A stretch of 64,000 nucleotides of DNA from Escherichia phage fEgEco12, in sequence record PP777464.1; one strand, 5' to 3'. Shown here piece after piece: positions 1 to 8,881 of this stretch (position 1 is its first letter; the number at the start of each line of letters is the position of its first letter). The notes beneath the pieces are model-generated. The model was not told the DNA's origin and ran no database searches. It worked only from the letters and a program-made list of their open reading frames with translations. The position numbers and the translations under genes were made by a program.

Positions 1-26
1 AAACTTGTTTATGATAAGGTTGAATA

Positions 27-242
27 ATGACTACCAATGAAATGATGCAGGTTATTTGGGATAAAGGTTGCGATCTTAAAATCACCAGTACTGATGTTCG
101 TGTATTCAAAACTGAATATATGGAGTACTTGGACCTTGATACTTATAATAATATTGTATCAATTGAACACAAAGGTGCAGTACTGGAAACAATTGACGTA
201 GTACTGAAGAAAGCTACCGACCTATTAGGAGCGGCAGTGTGA
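27..242 (+). CDS. hypothetical protein (71 aa)
   Basis: ATG ORF at head of + strand gene series. Confidence 0.45.
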   Translation: MTTNEMMQVIWDKGCDLKITSTDVRVFKTEYMEYLDLDTYNNIVSIEHKGAVLETIDVVLKKATDLLGAAV

Positions 243-395
243 ATAACAAAGAGTGGGAAGAGTACCGTAAGAAGTGCAGGGAGTTTGATAAAGAACTAAC
301 TGGTACAGTGAATGCAGTAATGTGGGTATCTGTAATTATTGCAGTTCTTGCGTTGGGTGCTATTATTATTAATAAATTATTCTAAGGCGAATATC

Positions 396-596
396 ATGTT
401 TACTTTATATCTCGCAGTAGTTCTCACCAATGGTGAAATCACTCGTACTATTGGTGAAGGTGTATATAAAACACCAGACCAGTGCTACTCTGCTACTCAT
501 TGGCCTCGCGATAGTGGGGATGAAACACGCACTGAATTCAAATGCATGAAAGTAAAAGGTGATTTTGTTAACCTTAAGGTTATCGAGGCGAAATAA
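396..596 (+). CDS. hypothetical small protein, hydrophobic N-terminus
   Basis: in-frame ATG at 396; the track ORF at 339 begins with TTG. Confidence 0.4.
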   Translation: MFTLYLAVVLTNGEITRTIGEGVYKTPDQCYSATHWPRDSGDETRTEFKCMKVKGDFVNLKVIEAK

Positions 597-1111
597 TGGA
601 TATTAATGAGTTGTTGATCTTATTGTTTAATCGTGGAAATGATGTAAGACGTTCTGAATATCAAGACAAAATTCACATTGAAACTGATAAATGTTATGGT
701 AAAACAACTCATGAGATTTTGAAGCCAAATGGCAAACGATATGCCGATGTATGTTTTCATGAACGAAGTGATGGTAGTGAAATAATCAGTACTGAAATTG
801 TGTTTTATGATAGATCCTCGGCAGGTTCGTATGAAATAGAACTTATATATTGTCCTGGTTCAGAAACACACAATAAACGTCAGATATTATATGATGTTTA
901 TTCACCTCCAGGTGTAGCTGAATATTTTGTTATTGATTACAGTACTGAAGAAAGTGTGTTTCAACAGAGCTTGATTCATAACTTCCAGTTGAATGATCCA
1001 AATGTACCAAAGTTGTTCAAACTACTCGATACTATCGATGTTGATTTTGAATTTGTTATGTGCATTAGAACTTCCTTGATCGATGAATTTATGGAACTAC
1101 TTAATATATGA
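596..1111 (+). CDS. hypothetical protein (171 aa)
   Basis: ATG overlaps upstream stop (TAATGG), translational coupling. Confidence 0.5.
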   Translation: MDINELLILLFNRGNDVRRSEYQDKIHIETDKCYGKTTHEILKPNGKRYADVCFHERSDGSEIISTEIVFYDRSSAGSYEIELIYCPGSETHNKRQILYDVYSPPGVAEYFVIDYSTEESVFQQSLIHNFQLNDPNVPKLFKLLDTIDVDFEFVMCIRTSLIDEFMELLNI

Positions 1112-1329
1112 ATCGTTACTACATTGTGTATGAGCATGTATCTGAGTTTAATAATGTACGTGGTTATAAGAAAGAAGTACAGAAGATTGATGTATTTGTT
1201 CGTGCATTAAGTCCAACACATGCACTATTTAAATTGTTTGATGAAGTAACTAAGTACAACACACCAAAAACACAACGCTATATTGAAACAGTACATAGTG
1301 TAATACTCACTGAATATGATGGAGAATGA
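1108..1329 (+). CDS. hypothetical protein (73 aa)
   Basis: ATGA stop/start overlap with upstream gene. Confidence 0.5.
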   Translation: MNRYYIVYEHVSEFNNVRGYKKEVQKIDVFVRALSPTHALFKLFDEVTKYNTPKTQRYIETVHSVILTEYDGE

Positions 1330-1332
1330 CAA

Positions 1333-1551
1333 ATGAATTTATATCTAGTTGAAGGGTCAGTACAAGTATCCAAGCAAGACGGAGAAGGGTATCGTTTTTC
1401 ACATGTAGAATATTTTAAGTACGTAGTAAAGGCCGATGGTCAGTACGACGCAGAAATTCAGGTTGAAGAATCATTCCGTAAGAAGAATGATATTGGTAAA
1501 TTTGAATACCAAGACTTACAATTCACTGTATGGCCTAGCATTAATGACTAA
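1333..1551 (+). CDS. hypothetical protein (72 aa)
   Basis: ATG 4 nt after upstream stop. Confidence 0.5.
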   Translation: MNLYLVEGSVQVSKQDGEGYRFSHVEYFKYVVKADGQYDAEIQVEESFRKKNDIGKFEYQDLQFTVWPSIND

Positions 1552-1552
1552 G

Positions 1553-1759
1553 ATGTGGTGGTGTCATGGTGTCTACAATGTCTATGAATATGGTAGATTC
1601 AAAATGAGCAGTACCTATGCCAGACGTGTTAATGCGAAAACCCAAGTTGATGCTGCTTGTGAGATTGTAGAGTGGTATGCAGAGTTCAATGCAATTGAAT
1701 ATATGTACGAAATAGTTACAATAAATGTTGTACAAATTGACACGTCTTTGATACAATAA
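1553..1759 (+). CDS. hypothetical protein (68 aa)
   Basis: in-frame ATG just after upstream stop; longer track ORF 1436 overlaps the previous gene. Confidence 0.4.
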   Translation: MWWCHGVYNVYEYGRFKMSSTYARRVNAKTQVDAACEIVEWYAEFNAIEYMYEIVTINVVQIDTSLIQ

Positions 1760-1792
1760 CTACATCAAAAAACAACTGCAACTGAGGATACT

Positions 1793-2455
1793 ATGTTAGT
1801 AAATCTTAATTTCATCACTTCTCCTGATTGGGCATTGCGTGGTGTTTCTTTGAACTTTAAAGAAACTAATTTCGACTACATTGGTGATTGTACTTTAGTT
1901 AATGCTACATTTGATCCTCATCATCCTTTTTGGGCTGAAATTCATGATCCTAATGTAAACAATAGTACATCTGTTATGACTATTGTACAGACGAAACATA
2001 CAGGTATCCTCGCAGGTTACAGACCAGGACATGCGATTGAACACTTCACTGATTATGATGTAGTAGATGAGTATCCAATGATCCATGAAGATGGAAGTTT
2101 ATACACGTCAGAAGACTTCCGTGCTATCTTTAATAGTACTGATGACATTCTACCAAGTGGTCGTCCACGCCCTGAGTCTTATCTTATGCACCCGTCTTAT
2201 GGTGTAGCAGATACGCTTGAACAGATTTTGACGAAGTACAAGAACCTTATTGAAGGTCCAGAAGAAATTGTCTTGTGCTATCATCCAGTACTGAAGTCTG
2301 ACCAACCAGAGAGTGGTGGGTGGCGTTGGCATAAGAATGGTGAGTACATCGGTACTAAGCGTAGTAAAGAACGCTTTGAGTACTTGTATGATGAGCCAGA
2401 TGTTGAGGTTGTTTTATGTTATAATTTTCTTAAGGTGAAAAAGAAATGTATCTAG
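1793..2455 (+). CDS. hypothetical protein (220 aa)
   Basis: ATG with GAGGA RBS upstream. Confidence 0.55.
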   Translation: MLVNLNFITSPDWALRGVSLNFKETNFDYIGDCTLVNATFDPHHPFWAEIHDPNVNNSTSVMTIVQTKHTGILAGYRPGHAIEHFTDYDVVDEYPMIHEDGSLYTSEDFRAIFNSTDDILPSGRPRPESYLMHPSYGVADTLEQILTKYKNLIEGPEEIVLCYHPVLKSDQPESGGWRWHKNGEYIGTKRSKERFEYLYDEPDVEVVLCYNFLKVKKKCI

Positions 2456-2688
2456 TATTGAGTTTTGTAGTTGCATTATTGTTTATGTTCTACCCTACAC
2501 TAGTAGCAGTAGCCACTAAACGAAAGCTGGTGGATATCACTACTGTATTCTTGCTAAACGTGGCACTCGTTCTAGTGTCTATTATCATTCCCGTGAGCTT
2601 TACGGTTATTGATATGGCATCTGTATTACTATTCGTCTTCAGTTATCTTATGCTTATTGAAGAAAAACCTGTTGACAAACGTTTGTAG
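2446..2688 (+). CDS. small hydrophobic membrane protein
   Basis: ORF; two predicted hydrophobic helices. Confidence 0.5.
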   Translation: MYLVLSFVVALLFMFYPTLVAVATKRKLVDITTVFLLNVALVLVSIIIPVSFTVIDMASVLLFVFSYLMLIEEKPVDKRL

Positions 2689-2746
2689 TACTGTATAATG
2701 GTTCTTGTAGTCTGAAACTTAACACTTAAACTTGAGGATATAAAAC

Positions 2747-3073
2747 ATGTTATCAGTTCTAATTTCAATTCCTGCTCTAATTCTTTTATGGGTTATGGTT
2801 TTCGAATTCTTCATTAAAGACGAAACCGAGCGTGATGAGTTTCGTGAGTTGTTTATGTTAGACTCACCCATTGCACGAATCTTCTTCGTTGTAGTACTTA
2901 TTTCAGTACTGTCATGGTTAGTAAGTTTTGTATTACCAATTGGACCATTTGTTTCAATTATGAATTTAGTTGAGAACATTGTTGGTATTGTGTGGTTTAC
3001 TAATGCATTGTTTGCTGGTAAAGTTTCCATTTGGTTTGATATCTTGAAAGATAAACTAACTAGTAAGAAGTAA
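2747..3073 (+). CDS. small membrane protein
   Basis: ATG with GAGGA RBS; hydrophobic segments. Confidence 0.5.
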   Translation: MLSVLISIPALILLWVMVFEFFIKDETERDEFRELFMLDSPIARIFFVVVLISVLSWLVSFVLPIGPFVSIMNLVENIVGIVWFTNALFAGKVSIWFDILKDKLTSKK

Positions 3074-3099
3074 CGTTCAAAAAGTCTCTAATAGTATTA

Positions 3100-3134
3100 A
3101 ATACTTCTGTACAAATAATATGTGCAGAAGTATT
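3100..3134 (+). other. intergenic hairpin (10-bp perfect inverted repeat AATACTTCTG/CAGAAGTATT)
   Basis: inverted repeat between stop 3073 and ATG 3152; no T-run. Confidence 0.5.
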
Positions 3135-3151
3135 ACTCGTTAGAGGTTATA

Positions 3152-3517
3152 ATGAAAAAATATATAAGAATGATAATGGTGTTTGTAGTATTCATGCTTT
3201 ATTCAAGGTTCAGTACAGCCGTACCTGCTTACCTTGATTGTATGGGAAACGATGGAACATGGCATGTACTTTCTAATGACCCACAAAATGGAAACAATAT
3301 TGTCGTAGATAATGAGGTTTACCGTTTCAGGGCCGAGAGTTTGATTGGGAATAAAAAGGTATCGACATATAAATCAGATGCTGGTATAATAGCAAATGTA
3401 ATATTGATAGTGGACCCCAAGACAAAGGATGGGGATATTTACATAGTCATTTATCAAGATTCGTCGAACAAACGCGATCAGGATATTGATAAATTGAATA
3501 TTCATTGTGAACTTTAA
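3152..3517 (+). CDS. putative secreted protein (signal-peptide-like N-terminus)
   Basis: ATG with GAGG RBS; N-term MKKYIRMIMVFVVFML. Confidence 0.5.
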   Translation: MKKYIRMIMVFVVFMLYSRFSTAVPAYLDCMGNDGTWHVLSNDPQNGNNIVVDNEVYRFRAESLIGNKKVSTYKSDAGIIANVILIVDPKTKDGDIYIVIYQDSSNKRDQDIDKLNIHCEL

Positions 3518-3527
3518 GGTATAACAA

Positions 3528-3911
3528 ATGATAAACGATGTAATGCTTTATGTATTAATTACTCCGATTCTTATTAACTCAGTAATAACTATTTCAATGG
3601 CATTATTTGGTATAGTAGCAATTGTTTATGCTGTTAGTACTGGGAAGTATACTTTAATTAGTAAGGTTGATTCATGGTTCGCATCTGATAGTGTACCATA
3701 TTCAGCTAGTATGATTACGATTGGTATTCTAATCGTTGCATTTACACTGCACTGTATTGGTTTTATTAATACAAGTATTTTTTCAGTTTTTATTGGTCTA
3801 TCATTATATCCATCACTTTGGTACTTGATTTATGTAATCGATGTTTGGTATAATAACTACAAGCAGTACAAAGTGAAGAAATCCATTTTATCCAAAGGAA
3901 ACAAATCATGA
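3528..3911 (+). CDS. membrane protein (about 4 hydrophobic helices)
   Basis: ORF; strongly hydrophobic. Confidence 0.5.
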   Translation: MINDVMLYVLITPILINSVITISMALFGIVAIVYAVSTGKYTLISKVDSWFASDSVPYSASMITIGILIVAFTLHCIGFINTSIFSVFIGLSLYPSLWYLIYVIDVWYNNYKQYKVKKSILSKGNKS

Positions 3912-4258
3912 AAGTAATTTTGTTTTTTGTTTGTATGATTATATGTGGTATGTCTTATGCAGAACCATTACCTGGACTAGTCTGTACTGAAGGTGATATT
4001 AAACACATTTACCAAGGTGATAGCGATGACCATACTATCGTTTATATCGATGGTGAAGTGTATAATTTTGTTAAAGAACATACTGTAGGTGACATTAGTT
4101 TTACGCAGTACTCGAATGATACTGATCCCAATATGCTTGCATTTCTTCAAGTTGATGTATATGAAGAAAGTAATGGCGAACAGTATGTTAAACTTGTGAT
4201 GATGCGTAAGGCAGCAAAACAGGCAACATTCGGTGGCTTGTGTAAATATGAGGACTAA
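3908..4258 (+). CDS. putative secreted protein
   Basis: ATGA overlap with upstream gene; signal-like N-terminus. Confidence 0.5.
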   Translation: MKVILFFVCMIICGMSYAEPLPGLVCTEGDIKHIYQGDSDDHTIVYIDGEVYNFVKEHTVGDISFTQYSNDTDPNMLAFLQVDVYEESNGEQYVKLVMMRKAAKQATFGGLCKYED

Positions 4259-4454
4259 ACATATGTTGATTTATCAATGTGGTAACATTCGTGTTATGCA
4301 GCATCCCTACTTACAAATCTTTGATGTGCAGCAGTATATGGAAGGTGATGATCCAAGAACCTATGGTCGTAAGTATGATTACTTCACTGTAAAGCAGTGT
4401 CATAACATCAAAGAAGTACGACAATTAGTTCAAGAACTTCAAAATAAAGGTTGA
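4233..4454 (+). CDS. hypothetical protein
   Basis: ORF; start uncertain (alternative ATGs at 4248 and 4263). Confidence 0.4.
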   Translation: MACVNMRTKHMLIYQCGNIRVMQHPYLQIFDVQQYMEGDDPRTYGRKYDYFTVKQCHNIKEVRQLVQELQNKG

Positions 4455-4481
4455 CTTCGGTCAACCTTTTTTGTTATAATT
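4449..4481 (+). terminator. composite terminator-promoter: hairpin AGGTTGACTTCGGTCAACCT + T-run, TTGACT inside stem, TATAAT downstream
   Basis: 8-bp stem hairpin, T6 run, -10 TATAAT 4475-4480. Confidence 0.7.
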
Positions 4482-4509
4482 ATTTCATCAACTACTGGGG
4501 ATTTTAATT

Positions 4510-4950
4510 ATGTACGTATATCGTTTTGAACTTAAATTCAGTTATATTGAACCTAACTTAGATCCAGCAAAAACAGTAGGGCCGTTCGCACGGTACTCTT
4601 CACGATACAGTACTAAAAATGGATTTGACCGTTTGTGCATGACCACGCCTTCGCAATTCCAACCAGAACCAACTGAAGATGGAATCTATTCAATCAAACG
4701 TGGCTGGGCATTTGGCTGTCAGAGTTTGAATGATTTGTTTAAGTTCTTTACTATGGACTTGGGTAAATTACATCGTGCAGGGTTTGCTGTATCAGTATAT
4801 GAAGTTCCTGATAATCATGTTGACATTGGTCGTAGTCAAGTTCAGTACTATTGTGGTAGTGCCAATCTGGTTCGTATCATGTCAGTGAGAGAAGCAAAGG
4901 ATGAGTACCGCCAAAGTAAAAGAGTAATACATGAGGCTGTATATGGATAA
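4510..4950 (+). CDS. hypothetical protein (146 aa)
   Basis: ATG after conserved leader CATCAACTACTGGGG. Confidence 0.55.
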   Translation: MYVYRFELKFSYIEPNLDPAKTVGPFARYSSRYSTKNGFDRLCMTTPSQFQPEPTEDGIYSIKRGWAFGCQSLNDLFKFFTMDLGKLHRAGFAVSVYEVPDNHVDIGRSQVQYYCGSANLVRIMSVREAKDEYRQSKRVIHEAVYG

Positions 4951-5287
4951 GACACAAATAGAATTAAAAAAATTTGTATCGTTTTATCTACCCAATGACC
5001 CACGTTGTACACAATATGATGTTGCATATTACAATGCATTGACTACACAGTTAATGAAGAAATTCAAACAGTGTTTGACTGTATTCAATGATGATGGTAG
5101 ACGTAGATATAGAATCATTCCAATGAATGATGAAAACGATAACTACTTTGACTTTGATGTTGTTTTTCGAGCATACAATGATGATAGAATAAAATTAAAT
5201 TATGAGCAAATAATGCTTGACCTGAGTGTTATCTGTGTTATAATTACTCACATAGCCGAACTTGATGGTTTAAAAGAATGGTATTAA
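4931..5287 (+). CDS. hypothetical protein
   Basis: ORF; alternative ATG at 4943. Confidence 0.45.
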   Translation: MRLYMDKTQIELKKFVSFYLPNDPRCTQYDVAYYNALTTQLMKKFKQCLTVFNDDGRRRYRIIPMNDENDNYFDFDVVFRAYNDDRIKLNYEQIMLDLSVICVIITHIAELDGLKEWY

Positions 5288-5301
5288 CTTAGAGGATAAT
5301 C

Positions 5302-5568
5302 ATGAAGCTTAAATTACAATACAATGGTTTTACTTTGCGTAACGACACTGAGTTTGTCAATCGTTCACCAGGTGCTGAGTTGTTTTTGCGAGAGATGAAC
5401 ATTCCTTTCGTCATCACTACTGTTGGTGACCGTGAAGTGCTACAATACGCAGAGCATCCAGTTATTGATGTTCCGTGGTATTCTGAGCATATGTATATGG
5501 ATATGGCCCGTCGCTACGACTGTAAGTTCGTAGTTGAAGGTGATAAAATTACAGTCCAATTCAAATAA
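5302..5568 (+). CDS. hypothetical protein (88 aa)
   Basis: ATG with GAGGA RBS. Confidence 0.5.
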   Translation: MKLKLQYNGFTLRNDTEFVNRSPGAELFLREMNIPFVITTVGDREVLQYAEHPVIDVPWYSEHMYMDMARRYDCKFVVEGDKITVQFK

Positions 5569-5579
5569 GGTAACTTAAA

Positions 5580-5873
5580 ATGATCAGTACTTCAGTAAAT
5601 GCAAGCATCGTGGCAGACGTAGAAATGGTTAAAGAATGTACAGACGAAACCCTTCGCAACATGTACATCAATGATTTGATTTCAGAGTACGGAAGTCGTG
5701 GTGTTCATGAGTTTGTTCGCCTAAGCGGTGAATTGATGAAGAATCGCATTCGTATGAAGCTTAATGTGCATCCAAAAGCATGGGCGTTTACAATGAAGTA
5801 CGCTGAAGATATTGTTGAGTTGCGTCGCAATGATGTGTATAATCGTTTACACAATGGTACATTAAAGGACTAA
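5580..5873 (+). CDS. hypothetical protein (97 aa)
   Basis: ATG ORF. Confidence 0.5.
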   Translation: MISTSVNASIVADVEMVKECTDETLRNMYINDLISEYGSRGVHEFVRLSGELMKNRIRMKLNVHPKAWAFTMKYAEDIVELRRNDVYNRLHNGTLKD

Positions 5874-5879
5874 ATTATA

Positions 5880-5911
5880 GGAATCCGTAAAAGGATTCCT
5901 GTTCTTGTTTG
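5880..5911 (+). terminator. intrinsic terminator-like hairpin GGAATCC(GTAAAA)GGATTCC + T-rich tail
   Basis: 7-bp stem, followed by TGTTCTTGTTT. Confidence 0.55.
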
Positions 5912-5923
5912 TAAGGTAATAAA

Positions 5924-6148
5924 ATGAAATATCTAGTACTAGTACTGCTATTCTTGAGTACTGTTGTATGTGCTAAACCAAAGTATCATGTAGTGTGTAT
6001 CAACGAGATGGAAGGATATACTGAAACATATAAGAACCATATTGTTGAAGTTGCAGCCCAAGGTTCCTATGGGACCATCATCTTCCTTAAGAACAATGTG
6101 ATTGTTCAGTACAAAAAAGATTCAAATTGTAAAGTGACTAAAAATTGA
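5924..6148 (+). CDS. putative secreted small protein
   Basis: signal-like N-term MKYLVLVLLFLSTVVCA. Confidence 0.5.
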   Translation: MKYLVLVLLFLSTVVCAKPKYHVVCINEMEGYTETYKNHIVEVAAQGSYGTIIFLKNNVIVQYKKDSNCKVTKN

Positions 6149-6163
6149 TCTAGATCATTTTTT
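6146..6163 (+). terminator. palindrome TGATCTAGATCA + T6
   Basis: 12-bp perfect palindrome followed by TTTTTT. Confidence 0.35.
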
Positions 6164-6218
6164 CAGATATTCTCTGTAAATAATAGCAGTACAGAACATT
6201 ATTTTACGGAGGTGTAAT

Positions 6219-6455
6219 ATGGAAACTATAATCATCATATGTGCGTTGTTTGCATTTTTGGTAATGTGGTCACCAACATTCATTGCATATAAAATGAAAA
6301 ATAAAAATGCAGAAGCAATTATGTACGTAAACTTATGTTGCATACTAACTTATGGAATACTTTTATTCTTTACTGAATTTACATTAATCCCAGTAGTAGT
6401 TTGTTCATCAATGTTTATTTGGTTGTTTCTGCTTTATGAATCTATTAAAAAATAA
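6219..6455 (+). CDS. small membrane protein
   Basis: ATG with GGAGG RBS; hydrophobic. Confidence 0.5.
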   Translation: METIIIICALFAFLVMWSPTFIAYKMKNKNAEAIMYVNLCCILTYGILLFFTEFTLIPVVVCSSMFIWLFLLYESIKK

Positions 6456-6463
6456 AAGATATA

Positions 6464-6490
6464 GGGTTGGTAATATGCCATCCCTTTTAC
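6464..6490 (+). terminator. hairpin GGGTTGG..CCATCCC + T-run
   Basis: imperfect 7-bp stem then TTTTAC. Confidence 0.4.
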
Positions 6491-6509
6491 TTTATGTGGG
6501 GTTTAATTA

Positions 6510-7082
6510 ATGAATAGAAAAGGTAAGTTCAAAGTATCAAAGAAGAACAAAAGTTCTAGATTTAGACCTATAACTTTAACTTTTAAGGCTAAAGAAGAAT
6601 TAACTGCACTTAGTAAAAAGATAATTTCATCTAAGATTAAAGTATCATACGTAAATTCGTTAAAATTTCAGAAGGTTAAACCACAAGACAAACTCATTTC
6701 ACTTATATTTGAACGTAATGATTTTGAGATATTAGTAGATGATTATAGAGCCTATAATGCTGGATTCATCCATGTCACTTGTAATACCGAACTAACTGAG
6801 TTGGAACATTTGACATGTATCATAAGTGTAGATAACGGTGTGGTGAAGTACAAATTTTTACATTTTACCAATATCAATAATGGAATGGGTGTACAATCCA
6901 GAACTATAGTACCTACATGTGATGTGACTAATTTAGCAAAGCTCAATGAAGAAGAATATTTTCAAGAAAGCATTGTAACTGAGCATTTAGATGCTATAAT
7001 AGCAACTTACAAAGAATGCATATGGGTTTTGAATGCGATAAAGCCCAAATTGTGTTTAATGAATGTCGTTCGTGATTTATAA
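6510..7082 (+). CDS. hypothetical protein (190 aa), basic N-terminus
   Basis: ATG ORF. Confidence 0.5.
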   Translation: MNRKGKFKVSKKNKSSRFRPITLTFKAKEELTALSKKIISSKIKVSYVNSLKFQKVKPQDKLISLIFERNDFEILVDDYRAYNAGFIHVTCNTELTELEHLTCIISVDNGVVKYKFLHFTNINNGMGVQSRTIVPTCDVTNLAKLNEEEYFQESIVTEHLDAIIATYKECIWVLNAIKPKLCLMNVVRDL

Positions 7083-7095
7083 CTGGAGATGTAGT

Positions 7096-7539
7096 ATGGG
7101 TTGGATTAACGTTAATAGCATTGAGCTAAATGAGCAAGACATATTTGCCTTTGTTAATTTGGTAGAGAACATTGCTATTAAAGGTCGTCTGTTTAGTTCA
7201 TCGGACGGTAAAAAATGGATCTCTCTTATGAACGACAATGGCGAGATTTATGACGTTATGCAACTACCTCATTGGGCTTATAAGAATACATCTGATGATG
7301 TGATGGCTGCTGTTATGCGTGAGTTTGAGAAGCTGCCAGGTGGTGATATTAAGAACATCGTATTCAATGCAGAACGCATGAACTACACACCAGAGCAGCT
7401 TCAACAGTTGGCAATTGCTGCCTATCAAGCTGCCATTAAGAAACCTGAATGTGTGATATTAAAGTACACACCGGACTTGAAGTTAACACTAGAAGATATG
7501 GATTCCTTTATCTTCAGTTCAGAACTTAAACAGTACTGA
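7096..7539 (+). CDS. hypothetical protein (147 aa)
   Basis: ATG with GGAG RBS; track start 7063 overlaps the upstream gene. Confidence 0.5.
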   Translation: MGWINVNSIELNEQDIFAFVNLVENIAIKGRLFSSSDGKKWISLMNDNGEIYDVMQLPHWAYKNTSDDVMAAVMREFEKLPGGDIKNIVFNAERMNYTPEQLQQLAIAAYQAAIKKPECVILKYTPDLKLTLEDMDSFIFSSELKQY

Positions 7540-7577
7540 TTTGACTTTGGGACAACCATTTCTTACGTGATATAATC
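7540..7577 (+). promoter_or_regulatory. candidate promoter with TGATATAAT -10 region
   Basis: TG immediately upstream of ATATAAT at 7568-7576. Confidence 0.3.
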
Positions 7578-7650
7578 TTAAGTGTCTGTAGAAATAAACA
7601 GCACATGAAGTATAAATATTAAAGTAATTTATCTCTTTAAGGAGTATGAA

Positions 7651-8034
7651 ATGGTTGATAAATGGAATAAGAAAGATCCATCGCATGATGTGGATATTTC
7701 TGGAATTGATAATGCACATAAGCATAAGTATCTTGATTCACTAGGTCTACTAAAGCCTGACCAAAGTCTTGCACATGATCGTCCTTCACGTGAAAAAGCT
7801 TTCAGTCTAGAATCACTAGGTCATGAATTGAATCGTGTATTTGAAGATCATCCAATTTATGTACGTGATATCATTGAGAAACTTAAAGTGACTCCTAAAG
7901 AGCACTTCAAGGCAACAGTACACGCAGCATTCCGTGCACTACATGAAGCACTAAAGAAAACTCATAACCTTCGTAAGATTCATGATGATATCGTGAACTC
8001 TATTGAAGGTGAAAAACATAAGTTTAAAAAATAA
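7651..8034 (+). CDS. hypothetical protein with SLGLL motif
   Basis: ATG with AAGGAG RBS. Confidence 0.55.
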   Translation: MVDKWNKKDPSHDVDISGIDNAHKHKYLDSLGLLKPDQSLAHDRPSREKAFSLESLGHELNRVFEDHPIYVRDIIEKLKVTPKEHFKATVHAAFRALHEALKKTHNLRKIHDDIVNSIEGEKHKFKK

Positions 8035-8040
8035 TTAAAA

Positions 8041-8074
8041 GGGGTTGACTTCAGTCAGCCCTTTGTCGTATAAT
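8041..8074 (+). terminator. composite terminator-promoter (GGGGTTGACTTCAGTCAGCCC hairpin, TATAAT 8069-8074)
   Basis: member of repeated hairpin family. Confidence 0.65.
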
Positions 8075-8121
8075 ATTTTCATCAAGTGATACAAAATACA
8101 AACAACGTGAGGTATTAAATT

Positions 8122-8235
8122 ATGCAAGGTACTAAATTCATCATCGCTGCCCTAATCGCTGCTGTTGTAGTGGGTACAGTATGTTATTCAATTGACACCT
8201 ATATCAATACACCTAGTGTTGAACAAACCAAATAA
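8122..8235 (+). CDS. very small membrane protein (37 aa)
   Basis: ATG with GTGAGG RBS; below the track length cutoff. Confidence 0.35.
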   Translation: MQGTKFIIAALIAAVVVGTVCYSIDTYINTPSVEQTK

Positions 8236-8243
8236 GGGATATC

Positions 8244-8507
8244 ATGGCTGAAACATTATCACTATATGCGTTAGTACTGTTATTTGTCGGATTTCTTCCC
8301 GCACTCATTACAGCCATTCGTGTTGTTAAACATGAAGCTGCATTGATTGTATGTAGTATTGGGTCGAACATTCTATTGTATTTCTTTTTGACAAATACTA
8401 TTGTACTGTTTGCTTTCTTTATCATGATTCTGTGGGTACTTGTAATTCTCGGATTCTTCATTTGGTCATTGGTTGATCCTAAGAAAAAAACAGGAGAAGT
8501 GAAATGA
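8244..8507 (+). CDS. small membrane protein
   Basis: ORF; hydrophobic. Confidence 0.5.
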   Translation: MAETLSLYALVLLFVGFLPALITAIRVVKHEAALIVCSIGSNILLYFFLTNTIVLFAFFIMILWVLVILGFFIWSLVDPKKKTGEVK

Positions 8508-8800
8508 AATTAATTATTGTAATGATGATGTGTTTGGCTTTCCCAGTACTGGCTACTCCTAATCTGGACTGCACACTGTTGCGTTCAGATGGTGACACAC
8601 TTGAAATCAACACATATGAACTCTTTGGTCCAAGTGTAGTGGAGAATGAAACCACCTACAATTTCAAAGCTATTGACTTTGAAGGTAATGTTCCAGTACT
8701 AACTACAATGACTATTGACAAAACTACTTTGCTCGGACGAATCACCACACAACGCGGAGAAAGTAAAACATTCACAGCGAAAGCTGACTGTAACTACTAA
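8504..8800 (+). CDS. putative secreted protein
   Basis: ATGA overlap; RBS GGAGAAG; signal-like N-terminus. Confidence 0.55.
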   Translation: MKLIIVMMMCLAFPVLATPNLDCTLLRSDGDTLEINTYELFGPSVVENETTYNFKAIDFEGNVPVLTTMTIDKTTLLGRITTQRGESKTFTAKADCNY

Positions 8801-8821
8801 TGGTATAGTACAGTGAAAATA

Positions 8822-8852
8822 GGGTTGACTTCGGTCAACCTTTTCTTTATAC
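8822..8852 (+). terminator. composite terminator-promoter (GGGTTGACTTCGGTCAACC hairpin)
   Basis: hairpin + T-run, TATACT downstream. Confidence 0.65.
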
Positions 8853-8881
8853 TATAAATATAGTCATAGAGAATAAACAAT

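Noticed and set aside
339-395. Track ORF starts that use TTG or GTG (339, 11542, 12196, 12521, 18520, 39121, 49061, 53953, 58561, 58837)
   Set aside because: Each has an in-frame ATG with a better RBS shortly downstream; several of the TTG codons are the first bases of a TTGACA -35 hexamer.
1541-1756. Minus-strand ORFs in the track that overlap + strand genes in the left and right arms (for example 1541-1756, 9301-9555, 13272-13550, 45504-45755, 55466-55876, 57867-58115)
   Set aside because: They lie antisense to tightly packed, translationally coupled + strand genes, lack RBS and promoter context, and are explained as chance ORFs.
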